Part shown: positions 1 through 12,439 of the stretch, piece by piece
How the letters are laid out: each line of letters begins with the position of its first letter
Numbering within the stretch: the stretch's first letter is position 1
From: Somniosus microcephalus
Taxonomy: Eukaryota
Length of the DNA: 64,000 nt
Direction: 5' to 3'
Assembly: GCA_052327205.1 (NCBI GenBank)
Contig: CM126204.1
Location: 269,700,001 to 269,764,000 of the forward strand
Notes under the pieces: model-generated
The model's database searches: none
Seen by the model: the letters and a program-made list of their open reading frames with translations, nothing else
What the model was told of the DNA's origin: nothing
Program-made: the position numbers and the translations under genes

Positions 1-879
1 GGAAACCTTTTCCATCTCTTCTCCAAAGAAATCTTTGGAATAGTTTTATTTTCACATCCTGGGACAGTTACAATCTGGTGGGTCACACAAGAATTAGAAA
101 TTCACTCACCCTCTCAGCCCAGTTTTCAGTTACAAGACACTGCTTTTAATGTGAGATGTAAGCAAGCAATAATTTTAATGTTAGTATAATATTACACTGG
201 CAGGTGGTTAGCACAATAAAAGATAAACTAATTGAAAGAACTTGGTTTAAGAAACAGAAATATGTATTACATTTATTGGTCTGTTGCAGTTCTGTAATAT
301 TGTCCAAGGCTCCAGTGATGTGTAATTTGCCAGCATCTTTGGCCAAGATTTCAAGGCTACCAATAGCTCTGGCTGGCTCATAAGGATAGGAATTCATGTG
401 CAATGCACCCATGATTTCCCAATATGCACTCCCAATGAGCAAGGCCAGGAGGGCACATTTGGAGGCTCGGCCCTATGATGTCAATAACAGTATGGTAGAG
501 TCTCCATCCCCCTCATAGAATTTATTAAGGGAGGTCGATATTTTTATTGAACTGACAAATTATTGAAATAGTACAAGACCAGGCCCCTACTTAAAGTCCT
601 ATCTTAGAAATGTACAGATATATGTAATTAAGGATGCTACTTCTATGTCCACTTGCATGCATACATTGCGTGACGGTCTGGACCCAAGTTCCTCTACCTA
701 TATATTGGCTGAATCCTTCTCCTGCTCTGCCTGCTCTTTATCTCCCCCTGTTCCTCCCCTTTTCTGCCACAAATACTCCAAGTCTCCCTCCCTCCTCATT
801 TTCTGCTATGTGCCCCACTTGGCTACCCCACCCTACTTAATGTTGTTCCCACATTGATGATCTGCTACCATCCCGGCTT

Positions 880-2150
880 GATGAGCATGTGGTAGTGCAG
901 AACCTGGGCATGCTGCTTTATGCCAAGGTCAGTTGTCTTCTCCAAAAATGCTTTGTCACAACACTGCCTTATTCCACTTTTGCAACATTGTCCGCCTCCA
1001 CTCCTAGCTCTTCCCCACTGCCGCCAAGAATCTAATCCATGCCTTTAGTACCTCAAGGCTCAATTTCTCCAATGCCTTCCTAGTTGAATTCTGCTTCCTC
1101 CACGAACTAAAGCTCATTCAGAACAGGGAGTGGCGGGAGAAGTGAGCACAGAGCTCAGTAGCAGTGATGAGTGCAAAGACCTTAGACATAGGGGAGGTTG
1201 TAAGTGGAGAGTGCCATGATACATGACTGGTTTGATCATCTACTGCCAAAACCACCTCAACCAACATCAGCTCTCCCTCTGTGCTCAAATCTTCTTACTA
1301 CTCCAGGATCATTCTGAAGAGTAAAGATCATTTCAAGCTCCTCCTTATCACAAGCTATCTCCTTCAAACCCCTCTCCATCCCATCCTCACTTCTAATGCC
1401 AGTGGAAAGAACTCATCGATATCTTCAGCTCCACAACTGAAGCTATCCAGTCAGTTGCCTTCGCTGTCTCCTGCTCCTCCTCCAGCACCACCTTCCCCTA
1501 CCCCAGCTCTGCTCCTACAACACTTAATAACTTCTCCATATGACCAACCCTCATCAGACTTCTTTGCTCCATTAAATCCTTTTGATCCAGCTCTTAACCA
1601 TTCAACTGCCTCTCCTCAGCCCAATGTTCACTATTGTAAACTGCTCACTATCCGCAGGCATTATTTCACCCCTTAAGCACTGCCATCATCACCCTCTTAA
1701 AATTACCATAATTGACCTCTATGGCCCTATCTCACCTGTTACCACTGACATCTTCAACCTCCACTGGTTCTCTGTCTTCCACACATTAATTTTTAAATTT
1801 TTGTCCTCATTTAAAAATCCTCGACATCCTCGCTCCACCCTACCAATGCAATCTCCAGCCCCATGTCCTAACTCACATCCTTTGCTTTTCCATACTGGCT
1901 TACCGTGCACCCCCTCCCTCTGCTCCATCATGGATGGCAGGTTCTGGAGCCATCATGCCCCAGAATTATGGAATTCTCATCCTTAAACCGCGCCATCTTG
2001 CCGCATCACGTTACACTTTCAAAAGCCTCCTCAAAACCTGTCTAATTGACCACCTTTCAGCCACCCCTGCTAATTTCTTCTAATTCCTGCTTGCTATCAG
2101 TGCACCGTCCCCTCACCCAGTGAAGCCGCTTGGCACATTTTGCTGTCTAT
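880..2150 (+). mobile_element. Degraded L2-clade LINE 3' portion, interrupted by another L2 fragment (about 1230-1640)
   Basis: Decayed matches to L2 ORF2 C-terminal motifs: YFHLRNIARL/LIHAFVTSRLDYSNA-like near 970-1090 and LHWLPV..FKIL-like near 1730-1820. Also a typical aaaagcctcctcaaaacc 3' end. Boundaries approximate. Confidence 0.7.
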
Positions 2151-3613
2151 GTCTTCTCTATTTCTGTCTGCCTATTCTCCATATATCCCAGTAGGCTATA
2201 TGAGATCTAACATTCCTCAAGGGATCACTACTTCATTAACCATCCCACTTCTGCCGAAGATAAATGACCATAAAAACTTTAAATTGTAAAAAGGCAATTT
2301 TGTTGCCAGAGACTGATTCAACATGGACTTGTTATACCTAAAGAATACACTTGGGTAAATAAAAAAAACTCACAAGGTTCCTGAAATAACTCATTATGTC
2401 CCCTGCAACATTCTGTACTCCACTGTGTCTCAATGTGTATCCTCTATGGAATTATTAAGAGGGTGCAGACAGATGGGAATGTTTTGCATCACATAACACA
2501 TCGTCATTCTCCAGTTTCTTAAATGTTTCCTAGATTGAGCTCCAGGTACCCTGGTTTATTCAGTATTTCACCAACTTCATCTATAACTTGCCTTTTGAAA
2601 AATAAAGTTAAAGAAAAAATGATCTTTTAAACTGAAATTTAACCTGGTTTCAAATTAAACTGGAAAGTTTTGTAAAACTTTCTTCGAGGATGATGCCGCT
2701 GGCTGTTTATATATTCCCAGGGAAGTAGCAGGAGAAAATTCATTTTTCAGCAGCACTCCCTGATTCACATGTCACAGAATGGCTGCTGCTATTTATAATT
2801 ACTGGGAAAGACTCCTGATATCAGAGCAGTGTTCAGCGTCGGTGTTGATGCTGATATGACTCAGAGGGTGGGTCCCACTGTTTAGAAATATCCGGCTTAT
2901 CAAAGCATTTCTCAGCCTTTCTGAATTTGAGTTATTAAAGTCACCTTGCATCATAAAGAGCCCTAACTACTGCACATTCATTTTCTGTTCCGTTTTGAAT
3001 GGCTACATGAGGCCAGAACACAAGGAACTACAGTTCAATTATCACAATCTTTACTATTAGAAAATTGCAAAGACAAATTTTTATGTTCTGCTGACACTCT
3101 GGCCAGAATTTTCTGGGGTCCATGCGGACGGGATCGGAGGCGGGTTGGGTGGGAAATTTGAAATAAGTTGGAGTGGGTCAGGAACCCGCCGTCATCCTAC
3201 CCCCACGTGCCTTTCCCTCAGGCGCATTTGCCGGTGCGGCAACGACCCGACCGGCAGAGGCGGGCGACCTAATTCAAATCATTATCAGCTTGTTGTCAGA
3301 CCCTTAAGCACCTTTTTTAGCCTAACTTTCAAATTTCTTTGGACGACCATGGGATTCACGCAGCTCGGAAACCACGTCTGTCAACCTGAGGCGGGAACTG
3401 AGTGGCCATTGATCCAGCTGATTAGTTGACAGCATGAAATGTACTATAAAAGCTCCCACCGCACCGCTGATCACTTTCCTCAGGCAGAAGCTATTGCTGA
3501 CTGCATTCCCAGCTTTCTACAAGCTGCAAGTCTCACCTCATTGATAGAACCTATCACACCACTGACAGATTGCTTCTCTCATCTCTACGTGACCTGCCAT
3601 CTATTCCATCAGC

Positions 3614-4830
3614 ATAGGTGCCGTTTATACTGTCTCACCTTAGTCTTCAGAATCGGACCACGATGAGCCCCAACACCAGCAGCATCAGGCACACCAGCAG
3701 CAACACCACCAACCTTCTCCTCAACCACCTGATGCTGCACAGGACAGAGGGCATCAGCGTAGGGCTGCACCGCGCCGGAGGCGATACCCCCAACACAGGG
3801 TATACAGGCAGAGGAAGATCTTCTTCAACATGATTGAGTAGCAGTGCCAAAGGAGGCTCAGGTTATCATGCCAGGTCGTCGCAGACATTTGCACATTGCT
3901 GGAGCAAGACCTGCAGCCTAGAGGAGTGGGTGGGCACATCTTACCAGTGGCTGTCAAAGTCACCAGCGTCCTCAATTTTTTTGCCTCAGGCTCCTTCCAG
4001 GGATCCGCAGCAGACATTTGCGGCATCTCACAGTGGGCCGCCCACAGATGCATCACACAGGTGACCTATGCCCTCTTTGACAAGTCAGCCAATTATATCA
4101 ACTTTGCCACTGATAAAGCCAGTGTTACTGAGCGGGCGTTCAGCTTTGCCGCTCTGGCTGGCTTCCCATGGGTGCAGGGCATCATCGACTGCACACATGT
4201 GGCCATCAGGGCACCCCATCATAACTCAGGAGTCTTTGTGAACTGCAAGGGCTTCCACTCCCTCAATGTGCAGCTGGTCTGCAACCACAGGAAGATCATC
4301 ATCCATGTGTGTGCCAAATTCCCACCCTGCTGCCATGACTCTTTCATCCTTCACCAATACACCCTCCCTCAGCTCTTCACTACTCCAAACAGACTTTCCA
4401 GCTGGCTGCTTGGAGACAAGGGCTATCCACTGAAGACGTGGCTCATGATACCCTCGAGGAGGCCAAATACTGTGGCTGAGGAGAGATATAATGAAAGCCA
4501 CATTTCCACCAGATGTGTCATAGATCAGACAATAGGCATGCTCAAAATGCGCTTCAGATGCCTTGACAGATCTGGAGGAACCCTTCAGTATGCACCAGCC
4601 AGGGTCTCCAGAATCGTTGATATTTGCTGTACCCTGCACAACATAGCGCAGCAGCGAGGATTAGCGCTGCATGAGGAGGAAGACACTGAGAGCACAGCCT
4701 CTTCAGAGGAGGAGGAGCATCAGCTGGAGGATGAGGAGCAGAAGCTGGAGGAAGCTGCAGGCCAGATCCCACATTGCTGCCCGGGAAGCCAGGGATGGGC
4801 TCATCATGGCCAGGTTTACTTAACTTTATG
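3614..4830 (+). pseudogene. Harbinger DDE transposase (HARBI1-like), disabled
   Basis: Motifs [35 protein letters not shown] and LKMRFRCL. In-frame TAG codons at 3641 and 3839, probable start mutated ATG>ATA, and RCVID where the catalytic E is expected. Confidence 0.9.
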
Positions 4831-5098
4831 CAGGACACCCAATATGGCACCACCCCATAGCAACACCATAAAGGATCCCTACAATGATCAAGTCATTCCT
4901 TTCACACTGACCACCATTGCTAAAGGTACCGTTATGTCTGACCATTCATTTCAACTCACTAAGCCACTTCCAAAGGTGCACACAAATTTGTCCAAGACTG
5001 GAAAGTGGTGAAAATAAAGAATTTTATGGTTGAAATCACTTTAACGGAAACCTGACATTAACATTGAATAAAACACCCAAGTGGTTACCCTTGTGAAT

Positions 5099-6907
5099 CT
5101 ACTTGTGTGTCATCTTTCTCTTGCGTGTGCTTCTACGAGGTACTATCCCTGTGGCTTCAGCAGAGGTAGAGACAGCCTGCTAACTTCCCTGCTGCAACTG
5201 CGTAGTCATTTTTGGTGGATGCCCTCTGGATTTTGGAGTCTGTGATGGGCCCGCAAAATCTGCTCCTCCTGCGACTGTGCAGGGGCAGACTCGGCCATCG
5301 CGATCCGAGGAGGCATCTGGGGCCCTGACTGAGGGGGTGGCAACGGGATAGAAGTGTAAGCACTTTGAGTGATGCCCACACTTCCCTCTCACCGTCATCC
5401 CTCTCATGGGCCACCCGCACTTCCCTGCTAGCAAGGAGCTGGAGAGCACCTTGCTGCACACCAGCGGGGCCATGAGGACCCATGTCTATGCTGACGTCCC
5501 TCCTAGAGAGGAGGTCTATGAGCCTCTGTCATCTATTCTCTATAGATAGCATGTGCTCCTGTGAGTGGCGCATTAGCTGCTCCACGTAGGTGGCCATCCT
5601 TTCCATGGAAGAGCCTACAGTCGCCATCACCTGCGACACAGTGGTGCTCATGTTGGAGATGGACTCCTCCATTCTCTGAACATTTGCAGACATTGCAGTC
5701 ACAAAACCTGTCGGAGCCTCCTGCACTTCTTCCTGCACCTCCAGGATCGTCCTTTTTCCAAGCAGAGCTGAGAGCATCCTACACCCTCCGGCGAGGAGTC
5801 CCCACTGCTGTCCCTGTCTCCACCATCTGCTCTTGCTCACTTGTGACTTACCAGGTGACAACACCGCTCTATCTCACGTAGGACCCACTGAGGTGTGTGT
5901 CTCTGCGCTGGTGCTGGGTGCACTTATGTCTGGTGACGGTGCACCCTCAGAGGCTGGAGGTTACTCTGAGTCGTCGTCTTGCTCTTCCTCCTGGAAGATT
6001 GGAGGGGGAGGGGGCTTTTGATGGACCTGTGGGAGAGTAAAGAGATGAGTCAGATATGTCATATGAAGAATGGGTGCATATACCATTATGCACATGATGA
6101 CCATTCAGTGGCTGATGACATCAGTCCTCATATAAGTGACTGATGTATGCCATGTAGCTGTATGATATGTAATTCTGTCACCAGGTTGCTGCGATGTCCC
6201 CCTCCTTCTCCCACCTCCAGCTGCTCAGTGACTCCAGAAACTTCCAAGGCGACCTCCTCTGCTGATGTTCAGGTGGCCAATGATGGAGGGCCACCTCCGG
6301 TTTTCTCTCTCTCCCTCTTATTGTGAGCTCCCTTTTCCTGCAAGGAGGGAAAGAGAAGTTTGAGTGAGAGTGATGGAATGAGTTTAAGGAATGGATGGGT
6401 TACATCTTTAGAGGGAGACTATGATGGAGTGGAGTGGCAATGCCAAATGTCCTCCTTGTGTGTTGTTAGTTGGTATGATTGCATTAGGATGAGGGTGAGT
6501 GTGAGGATTGGCTAGTAAAATGGGGATGTAATAATGTAGATAGGGAAGGATGGGTGGACATGCACAGTATGTTGGTGTAAGGATGTGGAGTAGGGGGGTT
6601 GGGAAGGCAGAATGTTGGGGATATGATGAGAGGCACAGCAGGATGAAGTTGAGTGTGGCTTTGTACTCACCTTTCCTGATCTAATGAGATAATTGAAATA
6701 TTTCTGGCACTGCACCCAGGTCCTCCTGACCACATCCCTGTTCACCACTTCTGCAATTTGGAGCCAGGCTCTTTTTGTCTCCTGGGGAGGTCTCTTCTGT
6801 CCATTTAAAGGGAAGAGGACTTCCCTGCATGCTCTGACTCCCTCCACAAGCATATGGAGGGAGTATTCGGAGAACCTGGGTGCAGTGCTCTGCTTCTGTG
6901 CAATCAT
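5099..6907 (-). pseudogene. Harbinger Myb/SANT-like DNA-binding gene, 3 exons (6907-6671, 6337-6182, 6026-5099), disabled
   Basis: Exon 1 encodes APRFSEYSLHMLVEGV...KRAWLQIAEVVN...RTWVQCQKYFNYL with a gtgagt donor. Exon 2 starts EKGAHNKREREKTGGGPP. Exon 3 is acidic then coiled-coil and ends RRSTRKRKMTHK*. Internal stops and frameshifts are present. Confidence 0.85.
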
Positions 6908-7440
6908 GTTTCCAAGTGTTTGGAGCAATGAAAACCTCCAGTGTGCTGCCTGCACAATCCTAGATGAACCTTCAAATGCAATGTGGCCATGGCTCCTTTA
7001 AATATACCGGCTAAAATGTGTCATCAATTATGCCATCAGACCCGCACCATTTAATTTGGCCGGGTAACGTGCACGGTGGGCTTAATAGGCCCCATTATCG
7101 CAACGTCCATTTCTGCAGTGGGATGGAAGCAAGAACGGGATCGGGACCCGCCACGCTGACCGACCGCACCCGATCCACCCAGGTACAGAAAATTCCGGCC
7201 TCTGTCTTCTTTCCATGTTAACTTTGTCTCTCCTCTTTGTCCTCTGCAGCTACAAAATACTTCACATTATCACATCTTGTCCTCCTTCCTTTATCGTCAT
7301 TATCTTTAAAAAATATATTTTATGTGGGGGTCGTGAGAGAGAAACAGAAAGGCAAGTGGAAAAAGTAGGAAGCAAAGGATCCAGGTGTTGGTATTTATGA
7401 GTGGTACTTGATTGTAGTCTGGGGTTAGGTTCTTCTACGC

Positions 7441-7640
7441 CAGTGGTGGGCAAATATTTGGGCTGGAGGGCCATTTAACGAGATTTGGTGAACTGTTGAG
7501 GGCTGCACACCAATGTTCCCCCTAAGGTCGCGCACCAATCGCGAGGTCCCGCGTAGGCTGCTCACCAGCTGCTGCCGCTGGAAGAGATTTTTGCTCTCCC
7601 AAATTATTTGCAGAGAGCCCACACTTCCTATTTTGAAGTC
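7441..7640 (+). mobile_element. hAT-like MITE end fragments
   Basis: CAGTGGTGGGCAAA...GGGCTGGAGGGCCA at 7441 and CAATGTTCCCCCTAAG at 7511 resemble hAT termini. No partner TIRs found. Confidence 0.4.
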
Positions 7641-9811
7641 TAGCAGCAATACTGACCAGTTACCAAATGGAACAATTAGATTTGTCTAGAGAACATGATC
7701 CCATTTAAAGCTTTACATTTTCACGTTTTTAAGTTCCTGTTATCGTAATATTTTGGTGTACATTTTCTCAGAACATGTAATTTTTTAAGAAATTCTCTCC
7801 TTTTTGCAATTTTTCTCCATGTTTGCATGAGCTAACTTTATCAAGGGCTCCTCTGCTATAAAAAAAACCCAGAACCTAAGCATGAAGAAGTTGGGCTTGT
7901 GTGCTAGAGCGAAAGTGAAAAAGAGAGAAAATGAGTGTGCATATTTGTTTTTGGGAAAGGGGTACATAAAAGGTTCAAACTGGGACAGGTTTAACTGTGG
8001 AGCAGTGTTAACGTAAGCCAGGGGATGGGTTTATTTATCATATAAACAGGCTCTTAATTTGACCTCATTAAATGTCAATCTGCGCTCTTTTTTACCAAGT
8101 CACCATATCGACAAAATTCGGTGCGGAATTATTGTATTGCTCTTTCTGATGCATGGGTGGATTACTGGTGAATACTTTGCTCTATAACTTGAACAAATAG
8201 TATAGACTACAAAGACCAAAAGTGGAAGGATAGAAAATATATTTTCTTTTAAAAAAAGGTAATTGTGCCACATTATAACAAGAAGGTAGCCCCCACTGAA
8301 CCCACATGCGATGAATCAGCTAGAAGAGAAAAAGATATTACAGGGAGAAAAAGTAACAACTTAGCACTTCAAAAAGCTAAATTCTTATCTCTCCTAAAAT
8401 CCACTTAAAAACTAAAGAGCCTGGTTATGCAAGTTGAACAGCGATGATGATAACCTTCTCAAAACTGGACCATTCGGTGATCCCGAATACATTAGGGCAA
8501 AAAAATACGATTCCCCAGAACCAATTAATATTGGAAAATTTCCTATGGTGTATGGAAAATGTCTGAGTGACAAAGAATTATTGGTGTATTTTGAAAATAT
8601 CATAGGGGTCAGAATTCTACTTAGTCAAGATTCCTCAGCTTGAGATATAACTGAGACTCCTGTACTCACACTCTCTCTCTCCCAGACACACTTTATTTGT
8701 GGCAAGAACATAATATCCTGCCTGGCCTGGAAATGCAAGCAACACCAAGCAGCTACTTTGATTTGCACAGGCACCAATGATAGGATTGTAGGCATCACAC
8801 CTTTGTTGCATGGAATGACAATATAAGCAAAAGTAGGGGCACTATGATGTGTTTGTTTTCTTTGCAAAAAATGACCTGCGAGTAGGAGTTTGGGGGAGTG
8901 GGGATGTTATTTGCAAAACTCTTAATATGATACCGTTGGAGGTCTGGAGGGCTTTTCACACCTGAGGAAGTGGAGTTGAGGTGGTCCTCAGCAATGTATA
9001 TGCCTCTAGTAGCCACTTTGGTGCTAATTATACATCCTGACATATTTTGGAAGTTGCCAATTTTTTTGGTAGTTTGTTAATGAGCAAGGAAGATCTCAAG
9101 CAGGTGTATCTGTCTTGCCCTCTCAATATTGTGTGTGGACAGGCGAAGTTGATTTGTGTCTGTTAATGTTATATTGCCAAATAAATCATATAAACTAGTT
9201 GAGAATATGATTTATTAAGTGCACGAGTGATGTGATACTGCAATTAGTGATACTGGATGCTGAAGATAGAATAGTGCACAGCACTGACATCCATCACAGA
9301 TATTGTTCAAATAATAAAAAAAAATTGTATCTTCATGTTCAAGCCACAGTTTTTCTTGGGCCAACCCGATATTGAATCCAGAGGCGTAATATTGCGGATG
9401 CTGGAAATCTGATATTGAATCCAGTAGTAAAACAAATGCAATGTGAGACTATTTCAAAACTGGGGTTCCTACAATTTCCCACACAAGCAGGATGAACATG
9501 TACTAAATAATACATCCTATGTCAAGGAATCCATCCTTTAGGAAGCTACTAAATTCTTCCACAGAGGCAGAGAGAATGACTCATGTTATACGCCTGGAAT
9601 GGATTAGGAGCAGGTCAGATCTGGATAGGTTAAATATCTTGGAATGGAATGTGCCCAATTGCCAGCTGACTTTGTGCCAGTATAATATCACCAGAACATT
9701 CCAAGATCCCTGATCTTGGATTGAGTTTACTGCAAGATCAACATGAACTATCAGCACAGGGAGAATATCTCGTCTGTTCTGATGCCAGCTCCATAAATAG
9801 AAACATGATAG

Positions 9812-10156
9812 TGTGGCAAAGCCACTAAGAGACTCTCACAGTAACTTGTACAATTGCCTTTAATCATGTTTATTACCTTTTAATGTTGGCTCTGGTTAAA
9901 CAGAGCTAGATCGACAAAATCGCGATCTGACGCGATGTCATCACGTGGGTCATGTGACGTCCCAACGGCGGGAAACGTCATGACGTCAGAGGTAGAGGGC
10001 GTTTCCAGCTAGTCCTCATGTGGCGTGATAGTGAATAGACCTGTTTAGAGCTTCTCCTGCATTTTCTTGTTTTGTAAAGTTTTAGTACATTAAACTCAGT
10101 TTGTTAACTACTAGTGAGTTTATAGATTATTTGCTAGGAGTGCAGAGACTCCTACA
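9812..10156 (+). mobile_element. Solo LTR (345 bp)
   Basis: TGT...ACA termini with a perfect 4-bp TSD ATAG at 9808-9811 and 10157-10160. Has a CpG-rich U3-like core and ATTAAA at 10089. Confidence 0.78.
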
Positions 10157-11029
10157 ATAGTGATATTATTACTCACAGGCCTATAATGTTGAACTCCCAC
10201 TAACAAATTGTTGAAAATATGTCGATTTTATAAATGACGCCAAGAATCAGAAGGCGGGGGGGGGGGATATCAAAAAACTTTTTAAAAACTTGCAGCTCCT
10301 ACAATATCCAGGAGGATTACTTTCCAGCATCTGTTATTAATTAGAAAGAAATTGAAAAAATGATCTGTTCTTGTCCTGCTCAGGTAGATTTATATTTACA
10401 GTATATTTCTCTTTTTGGTCAGCTGGTTTGGCTTGCATGGAAACTCATCGTGTTTAATAATTTCTAAATTAAGCTGAGAAATCTGCACCTACCTGTAGAG
10501 TTCAGTTTTCCCACTATGCAGTGCACACTCTCCCCCTTTGGGGACACATCTCACATTCTCAAATCCAGAAAGCTTCGCACAGTCAAGGCTTTAGGGATCC
10601 CCAAGTACACACAGTAGTACTGCTGGAGTTTAACCAGATAAAACCATGCAGCTTACCAGAGCTGATTCCCCCAGCTTGTCCAGCTAGCACTATGCTGTCT
10701 TACAGGATTAGCTGGGGCCAAGTGGGAAATTTTCTACCCCCAGTTACAGGTCTTCAGGCTCCATTAGTCAGTCGGGTTGGCTGGTTATGCTTCAGCAGTG
10801 TCTTGAAGTATTGTATATCAGCCTGGTTTCAGTATTGGCTTATTGAATCTGCTCCAGAGGATTGACTTTGTTCCAAACTTCCATCAGCAGCATAGCATCT
10901 CAGGGCCACTTTATCCCAGAGAGACTCTTCTTACTTCTCCCCAAGAGTGATAGGCACCAGTTGGTTGTCAAGTCAACCAACAAGCCTTGCAGGTGGACAG
11001 CAGGTAACAGGAGCTCCTCACGATCAGCA

Positions 11030-11960
11030 CGGTAAGCAGCACAACTCACCATAAATGAGTTATAGGGGATCATTAGGTAACTGGTTGAAGTCACATAATT
11101 GTAGGGGTGTAATTAATGAGAGTGGCTCTGATTGGGGCCTCATTACAAGTGCAATTCTGCTTGGCTCCATTTTCAGACTGATTTTTTTTCCATTAATGAT
11201 CCAAAAGGAAGATTTAAATAATATCATTCTTCACTTTGTGGATGATATAAAGATATGCACAGGGGATAGTAACTCATACTAATTTAAATAAGTTGAGTGA
11301 ATGAATGGACAAGTGCGTGAGAGATGTAATTTAATGTGGACTGGTGAAGTGCCATGCACTTGAGGCGAGGAAACTCCAGGCATGTTTATAACACGGAGGG
11401 ATACCCACTAAAGGTAATAGATCAAGAAAGAGATCTTGTGGTAGAAGTTGACCACTCATTAAAAAGAAAGCAAATAGGGTTGTAGGTTTTATAGCCAGGG
11501 CCAGTGTACAAAACAAAGGGTACTATTCTGAGGCTATATAAGGCCCTGGTAATGTCTACACTTTGACAAGTGTTGGCCTTCACACACTGAACAATACCGA
11601 GATCCTGGAGAGGGTGACTAGTATATCAAATATTGGAGTTCTTCGTTGTGAAGATAGGTTCCAAGATTTAGGGTTATTTACTTTGGAGAAACATAGGCAT
11701 AGGTAGGATATAATTGACGTTTCTAAAATGTTGCAGGGATTGGAGACAGGTCATTGAAATAGCTAGGGTTTGTAGGACTAGAGGTCATTCCCAGTTAGGT
11801 TACAAGGTATTTCTTTGCATAGAGAATCATCACCCTCTGGAACAAACTGTTCAGATGTGTGATGAGTGTGGAGTCACTACAGTTCTCTGAAAGGAAAAAA
11901 GTGTGATAAATTCCTTAAAGAGGGCATTTCCAGTTATAGAGGTAGACTGGTAAGCTTGTT
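11030..11960 (+). mobile_element. Old CR1 LINE 3' fragment
   Basis: Decayed RT and 3' motifs (HFVDDIKIC, LYKALV, QRIITLWN-like). Boundaries approximate. Confidence 0.75.
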
Positions 11961-12439
11961 GTGATTGTGATGAATCATGGGCAACCACGTCCTCCCGAGG
12001 TATTAGGAAGTCTGAAAGGAATTTCCCACAGTTCCATCCAGTGAGTTGTCTACGGGTTTTTTCCCGAACCAGGAGATTGTGTTGCTGCGGGCTGGGTGAA
12101 TGGAGTGTGAGATTACATCATTGACTGGATGGGGAAGGCTTTATGGTATTTTCCCATCTCGCTCCACCACCACCCCCCAAAAGGCTGGGAATTTCCTTGG
12201 AGCTGCCCCAACTCCACTGACGTAAATTTGCCGGAAGTGCGGCAGAAACTCCGTTTACTCTGCACTTCCAGTGAAGATAGAGCAGCAGAGCAGGAACAGC
12301 TCTGGGGAATTCTTGGGCCATATGTTGGTGTGCCTATAAAGGGCCTTTTTATTTCCCTTTTCTTGCCCCTCCTTGGCCTTTCTAATATTTGTGTAGCTTT
12401 CCTATTTTTTAATAGCATCTTGTATTATCTGCCCTGTAA

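Larger units (their letters stand above)
3101..7200 (+). mobile_element. Full-length PIF/Harbinger DNA transposon, decayed
   Basis: 15-bp TIRs GGCC(A/G)GAATTTTCTG with one mismatch, and a 3-bp TSD TCT at 3098-3100 and 7201-7203. Carries convergent transposase and Myb/SANT genes. Confidence 0.93.

Noticed and set aside
3896-5011. 371-aa ORF as the domesticated host gene HARBI1
   Set aside because: It lies between TIRs with a TSD and a Myb partner, has upstream in-frame stops, and its C-terminus looks frameshifted. It is a decayed transposase.
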